Assembly: GCA_950097015.1 (NCBI GenBank)
Contig: CATNEN010000038.1
Coordinates: 17,546,001-17,610,000, forward strand
Direction of reading: 5' to 3'
Length of the DNA stretch: 64,000 bases
Source: Macrostomum hystrix
Lineage: Eukaryota > Animalia > Platyhelminthes
The notes under the pieces are model-generated. The model saw only the letters and a list, made by a program, of their open reading frames with translations, was not told the origin of the DNA and did not search any database. This document shows, piece after piece, positions 26,501-39,100 of this stretch; the stretch's first letter is position 1, and every line of letters starts with the position of its first letter. The translations under genes were made by a program, and so were the position numbers.

Positions 26501-27407
26501 AAAGACACACAAAAATACAGGGGAGGACAGGTGAAAGACACTAAAATACAGGGGAGGACAGGTGAAAGACACTAAAATACAGGGGAGGACAGGTGAAAGA
26601 CACTAAAATACAGGGGAGGACAGGTGAAAGACACTAAAATACAGGGGAGGACAGGTGAAAGACACTAAAATACAGGGGAGGACAGGTGAAAGACACTAAA
26701 ATACAGGGGAGGACAGGTGAAAGACACTAAAATACAGGGGAGGACAGGTGAAAGACACTAAAATACAGGGGAGGACAGGTGAAAGACACTAAAATACAGG
26801 GGAGGACAGGTGAAAGACACACTAAAATACAGGAGGGGTTTGGGAGGACAGGAAAAGACACTAAAAAACAGGGAAGGAAAGTGAAGAGACACTTGAATAT
26901 AGGGGAGGGCAGGTAAGACACTAAAATACAGGTAGGACAGGTCAGAGACACTAAAATACAGGGGAAGACAGGCGAAAGACACAATGAAAGCATGTGATCC
27001 AGAACAGACAACGAACCAGACCTGAAACTCGGCTCGAATTCTGTAGCTGGTCAAACCACCAGCAGCGTCAACAATTTCTAAGATTTTCAATTGTTCCAGA
27101 ATAGAAAAAGCCTCTTGAAGTTCATTCTGCTGCGCGGATGCAGTAAACCAAGCCAAAACAAGCCTCTTAGGTATTGGCGATGGAATAAACAGTAGGCGTG
27201 CAATCAAGTGCTTGGATAAGGTTGGCAGTTCACTGTGAATTTAGATTTATTAATAATACAAATTATTTTTTTATTCAAGAAAGCAAATACACAAGACAAA
27301 TTAGTTTATTACCTGAAAAGACTAGTCACAGTATAAGAATTACTGTAGATCTTGTGCAAAACTGAAGTGTCCAAAGAGGACAAAAAATCAAACATAGCCT
27401 TTACCAT
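23518..27407 (-). CDS. GTF2H4: General transcription factor IIH subunit 4 (p52/Tfb2)
   Basis: Phase-consistent exons 27407-27313, 27232-27022, 25982-25602, 25085-24717, 23961-23518. Motifs ELPTLSKHLIARLLF, GGGKAW, GFRFLLLD, RFYPTRLA, GYLIVETNFRVYAFTNSPLQ, YRFPNL, LPPTVCDQLLLWERERNR. Confidence 0.93.
23995..24652. repeat. 31-bp intronic minisatellite
   Basis: Unit aaaatctcaccccgcaaatggacgaatatac. Confidence 0.95.
25190..25510. repeat. 36-bp intronic minisatellite
   Basis: Unit gggagagaagggaattccccaggagaacgaatatta. Confidence 0.9.
26035..26982. repeat. 31/33-bp intronic minisatellite
   Basis: Unit aaaatacaggggaggacaggtgaaagacact. Confidence 0.95.
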
Positions 27408-27757
27408 ATTTGGATATGGACTCTGTTATGGCTGATTGTTGAATTTAGCTGGCTGGAAAATGATGCATTGTGAAATATATACATTTTTGTGTCATCATGT
27501 GTGTAATTTGTGTATTAAAACCAGTATGCAAGCAACCATTTCTAGGCTTTGAGATAAAATTTGTTCAACAGTTAAGTAAAAAGTTCTTTGTATAAAGTAC
27601 TAAAATATATTTTAAACAATTTTTGGGCTTCTTAAACTTTCATCCATTTAAAGGTTTCTTTTAATTGGCTCAAAAGTATCTGCCTATGGCGGTTTTGAGG
27701 TGCTAAATAAAAAATAAATATAATCTAAAACCAGATACTATGGAATGGCTTCCATAT

Positions 27758-28274
27758 GGTTGCTGGGCATTTTAGTGCCTGATCTTGCTTTTTGGTACCT
27801 TTTGATGCATTTTGGTTCTGACAAATACATGACGCTGAGCCGCAGTCATAAAACACCTGAAAACTGCCCATATGTGTAATATATATTTGCCTGCATTGTC
27901 CAATAGGTGGTATGCTGTCTGTGGTGCATTGTCAAGGGGATTGTGCCAGCCTCATCAAAGAGCAGGTGCAGCAGTACGTAGCCTAAAATTGCAAATTTGT
28001 TTCCAGCCTTGCCATTCAAGTGCCTATGATACCCTTCAACATCATTGCTTGTTCTGAAGCTATGGTTAAACACAAGTCGCTGATGTTTTCAAAAGTCAAC
28101 ATGCATTGCTTAATGTACTGCATGATTATTTTATAAAAAACAGATATACTACTAATAATAGATTGTAATGTAAACATGTCTTATACACCATCTATTTGAA
28201 AATGTCATAAATGTGGGAACCAAAATGTATCAAAAGGTACCAAAAGCATATAGGCACTGAAATTCCCAGCAACC
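27758..28274 (-). mobile_element. Non-autonomous Mutator-like (MULE) element
   Basis: ~60-bp TIRs (ggttgctggg...ttttggttc / gaaccaaaa...cccagcaacc) enclose a fragment translating RTSNDVEGYHRHLN, similar to the MULE transposase RTNNxxEGWH motif. Confidence 0.65.
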
Positions 28275-28517
28275 TATAGCTTGACCTTGACCTTACTTAG
28301 CAGGACATGGGGAATCAAGAATTTTGGGTTGGGTATTGTTATTTGTGGGGCAATAGCTAATAAATAGGATTAAAATTCTATAGTCAATGGGATCTATTGT
28401 AAGTTATTCTTATTCATAATTATTATAAGATAGGCCAAAATGCTTTTGTATTAAAAATACCCAAATATATGGTATGGGAGTAGTGTGAGAAATGTAGACT
28501 TGTCAAATGTTAATATA

Positions 28518-29203
28518 AATGGAAGTGCTTATTCCCACAGTCCCATGCCGATAATTTTAATTTTATCCACACGGATCCGTGCCGATAATTTTCTGCTTAT
28601 CCACACGGCAGCTTGTATGAATAGGTCTACTTTTAAGTCCCTACCTATTCTTCTCTGAGCATAAGGCTTTTGCTTCAGAGTATAGTGTATAGTGTACACT
28701 ATTAATGCATAGTGTAAAATAATAACAGTGATGTGTGATAATATGTGACGAGTTTGGTGCTGACTAGAATTCTGCTGGTTGACTCGTATGATTTTCTTTG
28801 ATAGACTTCTTACTTTTTAAGTCAATACAATTCGAATGAAAACATGTAACGATGACAAAATATTTAGTAAGTTGTTATTACAATAATTAAAAAGGATGAC
28901 ATTAATGTTGGTTAGGCCTAATGAATGTGTAGGTCGAAATGTAGAACACAGTCGTAACACACTGGCAACTTTGTAGATCTATTGGCTTGAGGCTTCAACA
29001 AAACGTTCAAACCCGAAAGGGCTTTGTTTCAAAAAAACATAACCATGTGGATAAAATTGAAATTAACGGCACGGCATATATAAAGAGTTGTAGACCTATT
29101 CATACAAGCTGCCGTGTGGATAAGCAGAAAATTATCGGCACGGATCCGTGTGGATAAAATTAAAATTATTGGCATGGGACTGTGGGAATAAGCTCTGCCA
29201 ATG
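28518..29203. mobile_element. MITE with ~105-bp terminal inverted repeats
   Basis: 28527-28630 is a near-perfect reverse complement of 29090-29193. Ends are close to TA dinucleotides; no ORF inside. Confidence 0.8.
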
Positions 29204-30872
29204 TAAATTTAGGCCCTACAGTAACTTTACAGAACTTTTTGGTTTGAACTAAGTTAATAACTTATATTATATCAAAATCAATTGAAGTTTTGTTTTGTTC
29301 TGTTTAGGCTTAGCTAGTGTAACAATGAAAAAAACTAAAACAAGAAAAAAATTGCATATTTTAACGAAAATTAGCACATCATAACTTTTGGCAAACAAAG
29401 GAAAATTATTCGTTATGACAATGACAATAATGAGCTAGTTAACTTAGCAGCCTTAGCTCATCGCTTTATCATACTACTGTCTACCAGTCTACCTTAGCCT
29501 CTACTGAAACGGTAAGCTGTGGCTTCTTGATATAGATGGGCCACGCCAACACTACACAGATTGATAATCAACCTATATAGCTATGAATAGCTCATGGAAT
29601 TAAAAACTCTTCATAAAAGGCATAATTAATAGGCAATTATTGCTCGTTCGCTCTTGGCTGCCGCTTTGAGTCAATTTTTCGCTTTCAAAATTCACAATTT
29701 CTACGAAAGGACACTAGTTAAAAACCGTTAATGTGCCGTTTGCCAAGATACGCGAAATACGCCGAAATAGTCAGCAAGAAGCGCATTTATTTAGCCGAAG
29801 TTAATTTTTTATCTATTTATTTTTCTATAAACCTCAAGTGTCTATATGCCAAGTGATGTCATTTGTGCGTCAAGGCAATTGCTTGTGCGTTTATAAGCTA
29901 AACTATGTTTTGTGAACATCATTAAATTAGGTAACCTTAACTTAAGAATAAATGAAATGTCCGTTTAATTTCATAATTTGACTGATAATTGGCCATGGTA
30001 GCCTGAGCCAATTTACCGATGTTAATTGCGACACTACAACTAAATCAATTAGGGACGACTACTCCTAGCGGTCATTGAACTAAATTGTGCTGTGGCTGGG
30101 TGATCTGATATGTTTTTTTTCCAATGCAATCACGAGGTTTTTGCGAGATTGCGAGATCACGATCTGATTTTTCCGGGTGTGCGATGATGCAAACCAGCTA
30201 TATAGCGCACGTTATTTTGGATTGGATTTGGACTTGCCTAGCGCCCTAGATATCCGCAATAAACATGTGTATGCTATTAATAACAGTATGCTAATAAAAC
30301 AAAAAATGTACATAAATGCTGCATTTCAATCACAATGACACTACTGCACCCATTCCAAAGCATCAGATCGAGGATAAGTTAATGACAGCACAGCTTTATA
30401 CTTGCCTCTAATGCGTTCCCGCTTAACAACAAAGGATGTGAGGCCGCAAAAGATATCTTGATTTGGACTGACTGACTAAGCAGGAAATACGTGTAGATTA
30501 CCGGGGTCGTTTAATTCACAAACCCTAATTTTCACAACGTCGAAAAGCCAAGCACAGAATTTCACAAGCTCTAAATTTCACAGCGTCGAAAACAAAAGTT
30601 GCTTCCGACTTTACAAGCCCTAAATTTCACAAGCCCTAAATTTCACAAGCCCTAAATTTCACAAGCCCTAAATTTCACAAGCCCTAATTTTCACAAGACT
30701 TAATTTTCACAACGTCGAAAAGCCATGCACAGAAACTTCAGAAAATTAGGGTTTGTGAAAGCGACCCATGTGAAAGATACTATCTCCATGCAAAGCGCTT
30801 TTAGGCGTTGTGAAATTTAGGGTTTGTGAAAGATCCCATCTCCATAGTGCTTTTAGGCGTTGTGAAATTTAG

Positions 30873-31115
30873 TGTGACAGATACAATTCAGACTACTGAC
30901 AACAGTAGAAAAGCAAAGACTTGGCTGCAAAACTCTCACATAACACAAAAAAAGTATCGCCATAAAAATGGCTAGCTTAAAAGAGACTTCTGTGCACACT
31001 GAGAGTGGTGGGAGAGTACTGCGTGTGGCTATGGCTGACTGACGAAGGCAAACAAGCCAGAAACCGGTCTCGGTCTGCCAGCGCGAGGTTCGTTCCCCAC
31101 TTTTAGTGTGTTACA
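30873..31115 (+). mobile_element. Solo-LTR-like element with hammerhead, copy 2 (nested in the foldback element)
   Basis: TGTGACAG...GTGTTACA, flanks tttag / tttat, interrupts a 16-bp unit of the host element. Confidence 0.75.
31033..31075 (+). ncRNA. Minimal type I hammerhead ribozyme, copy 2
   Basis: Core identical to 1171-1213. Confidence 0.7.
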
Positions 31116-33100
31116 TTTATAGGTCTTGTGAAATTTAGGTGTTGTGAAATCTGTGGCATTGCTTTTTTTCGACGTTGTGAAATTTAGGGTTTGTGAAATT
31201 TAGGGCTTATGAAAGGATCTGGTTTCGACGTTGTGAAATTTAGGGTTTGTGAAAGCGACCCAGATTACCTTAGGCATGCTCTACATTTTTTAATAAATAA
31301 ATGTACCGGAAAGGAGTCTTTTAATGGCAGTGCAACGACTAATTGGGACATCGATTATGCACGGGTTTGCCCTAATAAAATGCTTTCCTCTCCTCGAGGT
31401 CTTTTGGATGTCCACACCGTCTGCCACACTTCGTCACTGACTTCTGTGCATGGCCGGCGGGACAACGATCCCGGAACATCAAATCAAGCCGAGATTCGAC
31501 GCTCGAAGTTAAAGGCAAAGTTCATGTTCAGCTTCTATAACTGGTTCCTAGAAAAAAACACAGGGTTTGATATGGCAGGTCCTCGATAGTAGGAGCCCAA
31601 CTTAGTGGTCGAAGGCGTCTACTAGACCCCATATTTCGCGGATAAGCCGTCCACCGGTGAGACCCCAAACTTCAAAAATTATTTTTCTCCTTGTAATAAA
31701 CAAAGCGCTTATTTAAACAAATTTTATTGGAACATATTTTTACAATTTTAACAAATTTATTCGGAAAATATTCTTTGGATTATAACAAATTGTTATTTGC
31801 GTAAATTTAACTTGTGAAGAATTAATATTTTTAGAGGCCTATTACATTGGCTGACTGTCTATCATGAAATTAATTTATGGTTCAGAGTTCAGGATTCAAA
31901 GTTCAGGACCCTCGATGCTCATCTGGACACGAAAATCATTCGCTTTATATGTTTAAAGCGGTGAGAAATATTTTTGCGCGACTTAAATGCGGCATTAATT
32001 CAAGTCTTGGCCCTTCCAATATGCAAATATGCATTTCAGCTGACACTCCAAAGCTACAAGCTATACTACTCTTAGCATAAATTGTGCAGTTGCCTTATTT
32101 GGCGCAAGTTTCCCATCGACTGTTATTACGCCAGCCTTCAATGCACCGAAAAGCCAATGTTTTTCTGCTTTCACTAAATATGCAGCGGTGACTAGTCTAG
32201 CTGCATGAAAGGACGGAAAAGCATAGCATATGAGGGTAGCCAACGAAAATGGCAAGTCGCAGAAGGGAGCTCTTGTGGCTCTGCGTTCATGCGAGGTCTT
32301 TGGTGGATTAGCAAAACTGCTGCCGCCGCCGCTGCTGCTGCTGCTGCTACTGCTGCCGGCACTCCTGACGGACAATGTCCCAGCGTGTGCGTCTGCCCTG
32401 CGTGCATCGCATCGCTACAGTGGTTGGCTATACCGATAAGGACGAAGATAGACAAAGAGAAGGATTTGAAAGTTTGGCTTCAGATATAGGGAGAGAAAGC
32501 TACTAACAGCGAAACTGCATGGCGTAGTTGTTGACGGTCGGAGGAGGATGAAAATCTACTAATGGCGAGCCCGCACCAAAGTCGCCCCGCTGTTCGGAGG
32601 AACTTTAAGATCGATATTCGCTTATGCTGTACCAGCGTCTCTCCTCCTCCCACCTGGATGTGCACGCAGTTGCATAAATGGATGAAAATTTCTCCCTTCA
32701 TTTTGCCCAAGAATGGCATCGGCGGGGGATGGGTGCAAGGTATGTTAGCAGCGAGTCACTAGCCAACTTCAGGCATTTGCTGCTGCAAGCCTCGAGGGAC
32801 TGATGATCCATTGCCAGCCCTTGTGAAGGTTTCCCAAATGTACATTCGGTTGGGTAGGGTCAATAGCTCTAAACATGGCTAGGGATATCAAGACAGGAGA
32901 GAGGGAAGCAGAAATGAATGGTTAAGGGTAGCGGCAGGGGAATCGAACAAACACATTTTAAAACTTGTGTTCCAAAATTTTCTGCGCCCTGTTCGCACAA
33001 GGATAATACAACTGAGACTACCAAGGTCCGGAATCGGAAGCTTACCTGCCGAAGCTAACGAAGGTAGACTGCTATTTTGGCCTTCGAGTTTGTTTTCGCT

Positions 33101-36100
33101 ATGCGATTAGTTGCTGAGGCGACAGCGAAGACGCTGGCGCCGCAGATGCTGCTGATGCTGCTGCTGCTTTGGCCCTCGCTGGTGCCTGCGGACAGCACAG
33201 CAGGCTGTAGCCATCCCTGGCAGATGGATCTGGAGGTTCTGTTCAAAGGCGACCCGTGGAGCAGCGGTCCCAGGCGGAATATGATCGGATTGGCCGACGA
33301 AGATGCCGCACAGGTCCTGCTGACTTTCAGCAGCGACGGTCGACTCGGCCTGAAGTCCTCGGCGTCATTCAACACTGAGGCGGAAACGGCGTCTTTAACT
33401 GGACGGCTGGCGCGCCACCGTTGGGTTCAGTTGACGCTTCAGTTCTCTATTGGCGACGATGACGGCGACAAGGCCTGGACGCTGCTGCTTGACGGTGTGC
33501 CGAGCGCTCGGGCGTCGGCAACGGCGCCTCCCAGCCTGTCCGCGCCACTCAAGGTCACCTGGCTGCTGGAAAAGAGCGAAACAAGCATGGCCGTGAGAAA
33601 CACCTTCGTGCGGTCTGGCTGCAACGGCACTACCGAGCGACTCAACGGCGGACCCGGCTGGCCCTACCTTGATGGATGCCTTGACAAGTCAAACAGCTGC
33701 CCGGCTGGCTGCCACTGCCGAGCAACCGATGTGGACAATGTCTGCTCCTGCCCAAAAGCAGCAGGTGAGACTGCTTGAGTAATTATTACCTGCGAAATTC
33801 GAGATACGAGATACTCAAATCATGTGGACTAGACGTTCAGCCAGTGGAACAGCCGCGGCCAAAGGCTGTGTGTACTGCTGTTCAGTCCGTGGACTAAGAT
33901 GACCGCCACAACCTCTTGAAGTTCAACTCCAGCAAATTCTTGGTTCCCATTTTACTGCTTGGTAAATTCGAGAAACATGGAGTTAAGAGTGTTGCTTAAT
34001 GACACAAATTTGGTTTACTTTCGGGCAGAGATTTGTGACCATTTGTGATCATACCTGTACGCACCTATACCATCTGAAATCAGACAGTTAAAAGCGACTT
34101 CTAAAAACCTAAACATGGGAATCGACTTCTTCATGTAAAGTATCGAACAAATAAATAAATTGTAATTCTAGAGTTTCATGAGTAATCACAGGCCTATCAA
34201 TGGAATAATTCTAGCCCCAAATGTTAGAGCTATTCGCATCACGGGAGTGGCAATCGAGCAGATTATTGCCAACTGCTGATCCAGCACTGCACTGACCTTA
34301 TCTTATTCGCGTTTATGACCCTGCAGTTTGCAGTCAGGCAAGGAAGGATTATCGAGGAAGCGGATTAGAGGATAAGGGAATGAAATGGGTTCTTATGAGA
34401 ATGTCTGTGCCAGCAACTACTACAATGCGAAATTGCACTGTACTCGTAAGTGCTGAATCTTTGCAACCTACACAATGTCAGCCTTATCCCCATAGCAGCA
34501 CTGATGAGTCATATACGTAGCCAGCTGTAACACACCCTCTCTGGCCTTCTATTTTCAAAGAAATAGTGAAATTCTCCATAAAATCTAACATAATTAAAAA
34601 TGGTGCGCTTTTAGATTAAAAGTCCTAAAGATAGGGCAATAATCATAATTTTTCTACATGCCAAAGATTGTACAACTACAAGTTTTAAATACCACGGGGT
34701 ATTTCAAATACCCACTGCCTAGTTTACGATAGCACGCAAAAACGAATGACAGTTTTTAGTGAAAGTCGAACTAACGAATCAACATTTTCTGCCCTTTACG
34801 ATGAACTGACTTTCAAAGCCGGCCGACGTCAGCATCGTCGGCCGATTCTTGTCGAACACCCTGGAGACAAGGACAACTAGCATATTGCTCTGTAGAAACC
34901 TATATTGCGAATATACGAGCTATATAGTGCAAAATATATATTAAAAAAGTTATTCACAGCTACCCAGCATTGCTCGCATGGAGCAAAATCATGGTGCCAA
35001 CTGTATCATATAGTGTGTGAACGTTTTTTATTTTGCATTTACTTCGGAGACGCAGTTTTTCACTGCAATGGGAAACTAAGTTGGCTAGAAATTCTTATGC
35101 AAACAGCTAAACGGTAACTGGAAGCATACAAGCGCACCCCAGCTTCATTCATATTTACATTTTTATTTTAAAATGTCGAGACATTGCGCAGCGCTTCTCA
35201 TAATATTCTTATTACTGATAATCGCAACTTTACTCAGTCTGATAGAAGGTGGTAAGTTGATATTTTTTAATCCGGGATAACTAAGTTTCTAGATAGTCCT
35301 GCTCAAACGGTCCACTCTAAATACGAGTATATCGAAGCTGGTCTTAAAAAACTTACTTTTTACTTCAGGCTGTGTTCAAGAACGCTACAGCCTGCTGTTC
35401 ACCAAGAAGACACCCACTACCAGTTTCGACGTTCACGGCGATGACGTCAAGTTCTCGAGCATCTCAGGCGTCACGCTGACGGAGGGTGCCAACTATCTGA
35501 CGCTGCGACCCCAGGGACGTTGCTTCTCCGATGCTGAATGCCTTCAGTGCGGCTTCTATGTTCGACTGGTGTTCAAGATCAGCCTGGGACACCAGGACTT
35601 CTCGATACTGTACGCTGGAACCCTCGGTCTGAGTCTCGAAGTGGACGCTAGAAATCGTCTAGTTGCTAGTCTGGTTGCTAGGGACGCCGACCAGACGCGT
35701 CTTTGGACAGCGGCAGGTGGCGCTGTGGCCGAAAACGAATGGTCCGTGGCCGAGATCGCCTGGCACCCGGAGCTGGGTGGCTTCCGACTTCTGTTGAACG
35801 GTCGTACCGTGGGACAGTCCTCGGGCCCCGGCGAGCTGCTGATGTCAGCACAGACAAAAGTGAAGGACTGGTATCTGGGACGGGATGCGGCTGCTGCGGA
35901 CAAACCTGTTGTTGAGGAGAAACAGCTAACGGTAAGGCATTATTAGGGATAATTTACGATGGACTACATTTCCGAGTCTACATCAGAAGAGTGTTGATGT
36001 AGACTCGGGGGTAGGTGGCAGAGCGGTTAACGCGTTTGCCTCTTGCACTAAGGTCCTGAGCTTGATTCCGCGGCGAGGCCACATTCATTTCAGAGAAATG

Positions 36101-39100
36101 GCTTGGGGGCTTGTCGTGCAATTTACGTCCTTGAGGGCCAACCTCCAAGGCACAGCGAAGTGTACACTGCTTGACTGCCTGAAAGTCAGGGGCAGATATA
36201 CACACCTGTGCGAGCGTGTGCCTGCGTACGCAATTGAAGGACCTAGAAGGTCTTGGCATGAAGGACCTTTGTGATGAAGGATCTAGGAAGGACCAGAAGT
36301 ATCTAGAGGTCCCGCCATGAACATTTTATCATCATCATCGTTTTTGATACATTAGTAATGTTTGCGAGAGGGCTGTATGCATGGGAAATCATTTGGTGTC
36401 AGTGCAACCAAAGCGTGAGAGGCAATTCATGTTGTGCGTCTGCCCTGACTTTCTCATCGTCAGGCTTACCCTCAAGAGCACAAATGGTTCAAGCCTTCTC
36501 TCCGCGGCTGCGCCCTAAATAAATATGGCCTCGCCGCGGTCGAGCTAAGGGACCTTGGTGTGAGAGACAAACGGGTTAGGACACTCCCACTACTCCTACT
36601 AAATTTCCTACTAAAGGTTTGACCGGAATTTCAGTCTACAGACACTAAGCCACCAATTGGCCAATTTCAGATCCTGTCGCTGCTATTAGCTTCCACTGAC
36701 AAGAGGACTTTGTTGGCCGCACAGAATGACAGCAGCTTGGGCGGACCAGGTAATGCTTTTATGAGGTTGTACTGTGTCAGTTTCAAATAAATTCATGATT
36801 GATATTGCTAGGACTCATACGATTCTTGACAAATCAGATACTCGTAGAATTACTCAAAGATGCAAAGATGCGAACATGTCCTAACACCACGAAAGCAAGC
36901 TGTGGAATCAATAGTAAAAGATTTCATAGCGGCAAATTAGTTTTCATATGCCTGAATCGAAAGCAACCCGATTACTTATCAATTGCCTTCATCTCTAACT
37001 ATTTTAACCCACAAGCAGTCAATGCGGTTGAAGCAAGCTGCTTGGAGTGACATTAATGTTACATTACTTACTTGTGAATTTTTGCATTCGCCAACACGTT
37101 ACTCCAGCTTCCACCTCAACAACTGAGTACTGAATGCTTCTCGACACCCTGATAGCTTGAGATTATTTTCTAGTGTCTGTGAGATAAAAATGCATCAATT
37201 GCAAAAAATTAAGCCATTGATTTATGTATTAGTAAATGATGTTTCTGAAGCATTCTGTACCCAGGTGACTATTAATCAACTCCTGTTACGTTGCAAAAAA
37301 ATTCTGCTATGCCGTATGCCGCTACATAGATTTCCATTAATGTATTTTTTCTTAAAATGTCCGCGTCAAGCACTACTAAAAACCGTACCGTTCGCAAGTG
37401 GTTTGACAGCTTCAGTAATAATATTACTTACCTGGGCATAAACCAGCGAGGATGCAATTATTATTCATCCCATTCCACCTGACACTGACATAGGTGTGTA
37501 CATCTGCCCTGACTTTCTCATTGTCAGACAGTGCATACACTATCAGCAGTGCCTTTGAAGTTGGATTTCATGTGGTGTAAACTGCACTGCAGAGCCTTCC
37601 CATTCCGGGACATAATGGTTGATTGAGTCACTAAACCATGAATAAAACTGTGGATGTGAAACACCTCTCGATGCGCACATTTCTAGCTAACACCGAACCA
37701 ACGGAGAGCAGAGCTGCTCAAAGCGAGCTTGAGCCGGGCATGCAACATGACCAGCCCCAACTCGGTACTTCGCGCACATCGCTGCACTTTTATCCGCCAA
37801 ACTTCGCTTACACTTCTGTTTTCGCTGCTATTAGAGCTTGATCAGCTGTTTATTTATTGTAGTTTAGCAACTAGTATTTGTTTGTAGGGCCATTATGCTT
37901 CGACAATGTGGTAGAAGAATATTTTAGATTTACTAACTTTTTCTAAGACACCTCTAGAAGCAGTTTCATTTTTTAGTTTTCCAGACTTTTAGTTCCTAGA
38001 GCATGCTAAAGTAACGCTTTTTGAATTTGTTGTCCAGTTGATTCTGTTCTAGGAAATTCATAGTTTTTATATTTTGTCTCCGAGACGATACGGGTACAAT
38101 AACTTCACAAACATTTGGTTTGATTCCTCGCATCAGGTAAAATGCATACTTTCAATTTATTAATTTAAACAAATTAAAATTTGGAATTCACATTTCGCCT
38201 ATTTAACGGCTCAGAGCCACCCGACGACCTTGATGACACCTTTCTAAATAACTTCCAGTAGCTTATAGTTGGCTATTGAGCTGCTATGCATTGCTTAGCA
38301 AGCAATATTTGACAAACTCTCATGCTCTCACACAAATTTTTCACACGAGTTGATGTGCTTTTCTAATTAGTTACCAAGTAAGCATTGTCGGTCACGGTCG
38401 CGCACAAGCGACTTTTGCTTGTACTTAACCGAATCTTGATTACTCGTATTCTCCTGTAAATCCTCCGAATTTTTTGTTTTAGAATGTCAACATTATTTAG
38501 CGGGCAAACATTTTTTGAAGCAATATTCTGCTGACTCGATCGAATCATTAACATTGAGGCATTAAAACCAAACTCGATTGCAGTGCACATGGTCAGCGTA
38601 CCATTCGAGAGCGGCATCGAGAGCGGCTACATGATGCACTTTAGCTTCCCGGCCGGCATCCGCGTTGAAGATGGAGTTCAGCGCGTCCCCGGCGTCTTCG
38701 GCCTGGCCCTGCGACTTCCTGGAAGTATCACCAGCTTCGCCAAGATACAGGCCGGGCACTCGTGCCTCACGGACCTGCAGTGGTGCCGCCAGGGCATCAC
38801 CGTGCGTCTGTGGCTGCGTCCACTTGGCGGCGCAGCTCCACGCGGCGAGAGCGTCCTGCTGTGGGCCAGGGGCTACGAGATCGTCCTGCTGGCCGGCAGG
38901 CTGGCTGTTCGCGCCCGCACGGACGAGTCCGTCTGGGCGTCTCGCGGCCAGCGACTGTCGATTGACGAGTGGCAGCTGGTGGAATTCACCTGGGAGAAAC
39001 GCCAGGGCTTGCAGGTGATAATGAGAAAATTTGTGTCAGTCTTCATTGTAGGGAGCCATATCAAGGACAAAAGTTGTTGCCCCTATGTACTGTGAATAGA

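Larger units (their letters stand above)
30503..31261. mobile_element. Foldback-type DNA element with 8-bp TSD (Merlin/MULE/hAT-like, non-autonomous)
   Basis: Termini ggggtcg...cgaccc, oppositely oriented 16-bp subterminal repeats (aaatttcacaagccct / agggtttgtgaaattt), exact flanking duplication AGATTACC (30495-30502, 31262-31269). Confidence 0.8.

Noticed and set aside
28565-29160. Repeated TTATCCACA (bacterial DnaA-box) motifs
   Set aside because: They are internal repeats of the MITE TIRs in animal DNA; no oriC context.
32230-32439. Short ORF with a poly-Leu signal-like stretch upstream of the receptor
   Set aside because: Poly-Leu comes from a CTG microsatellite, no convincing splice into the gene was found, and exon 33101 has its own signal peptide.
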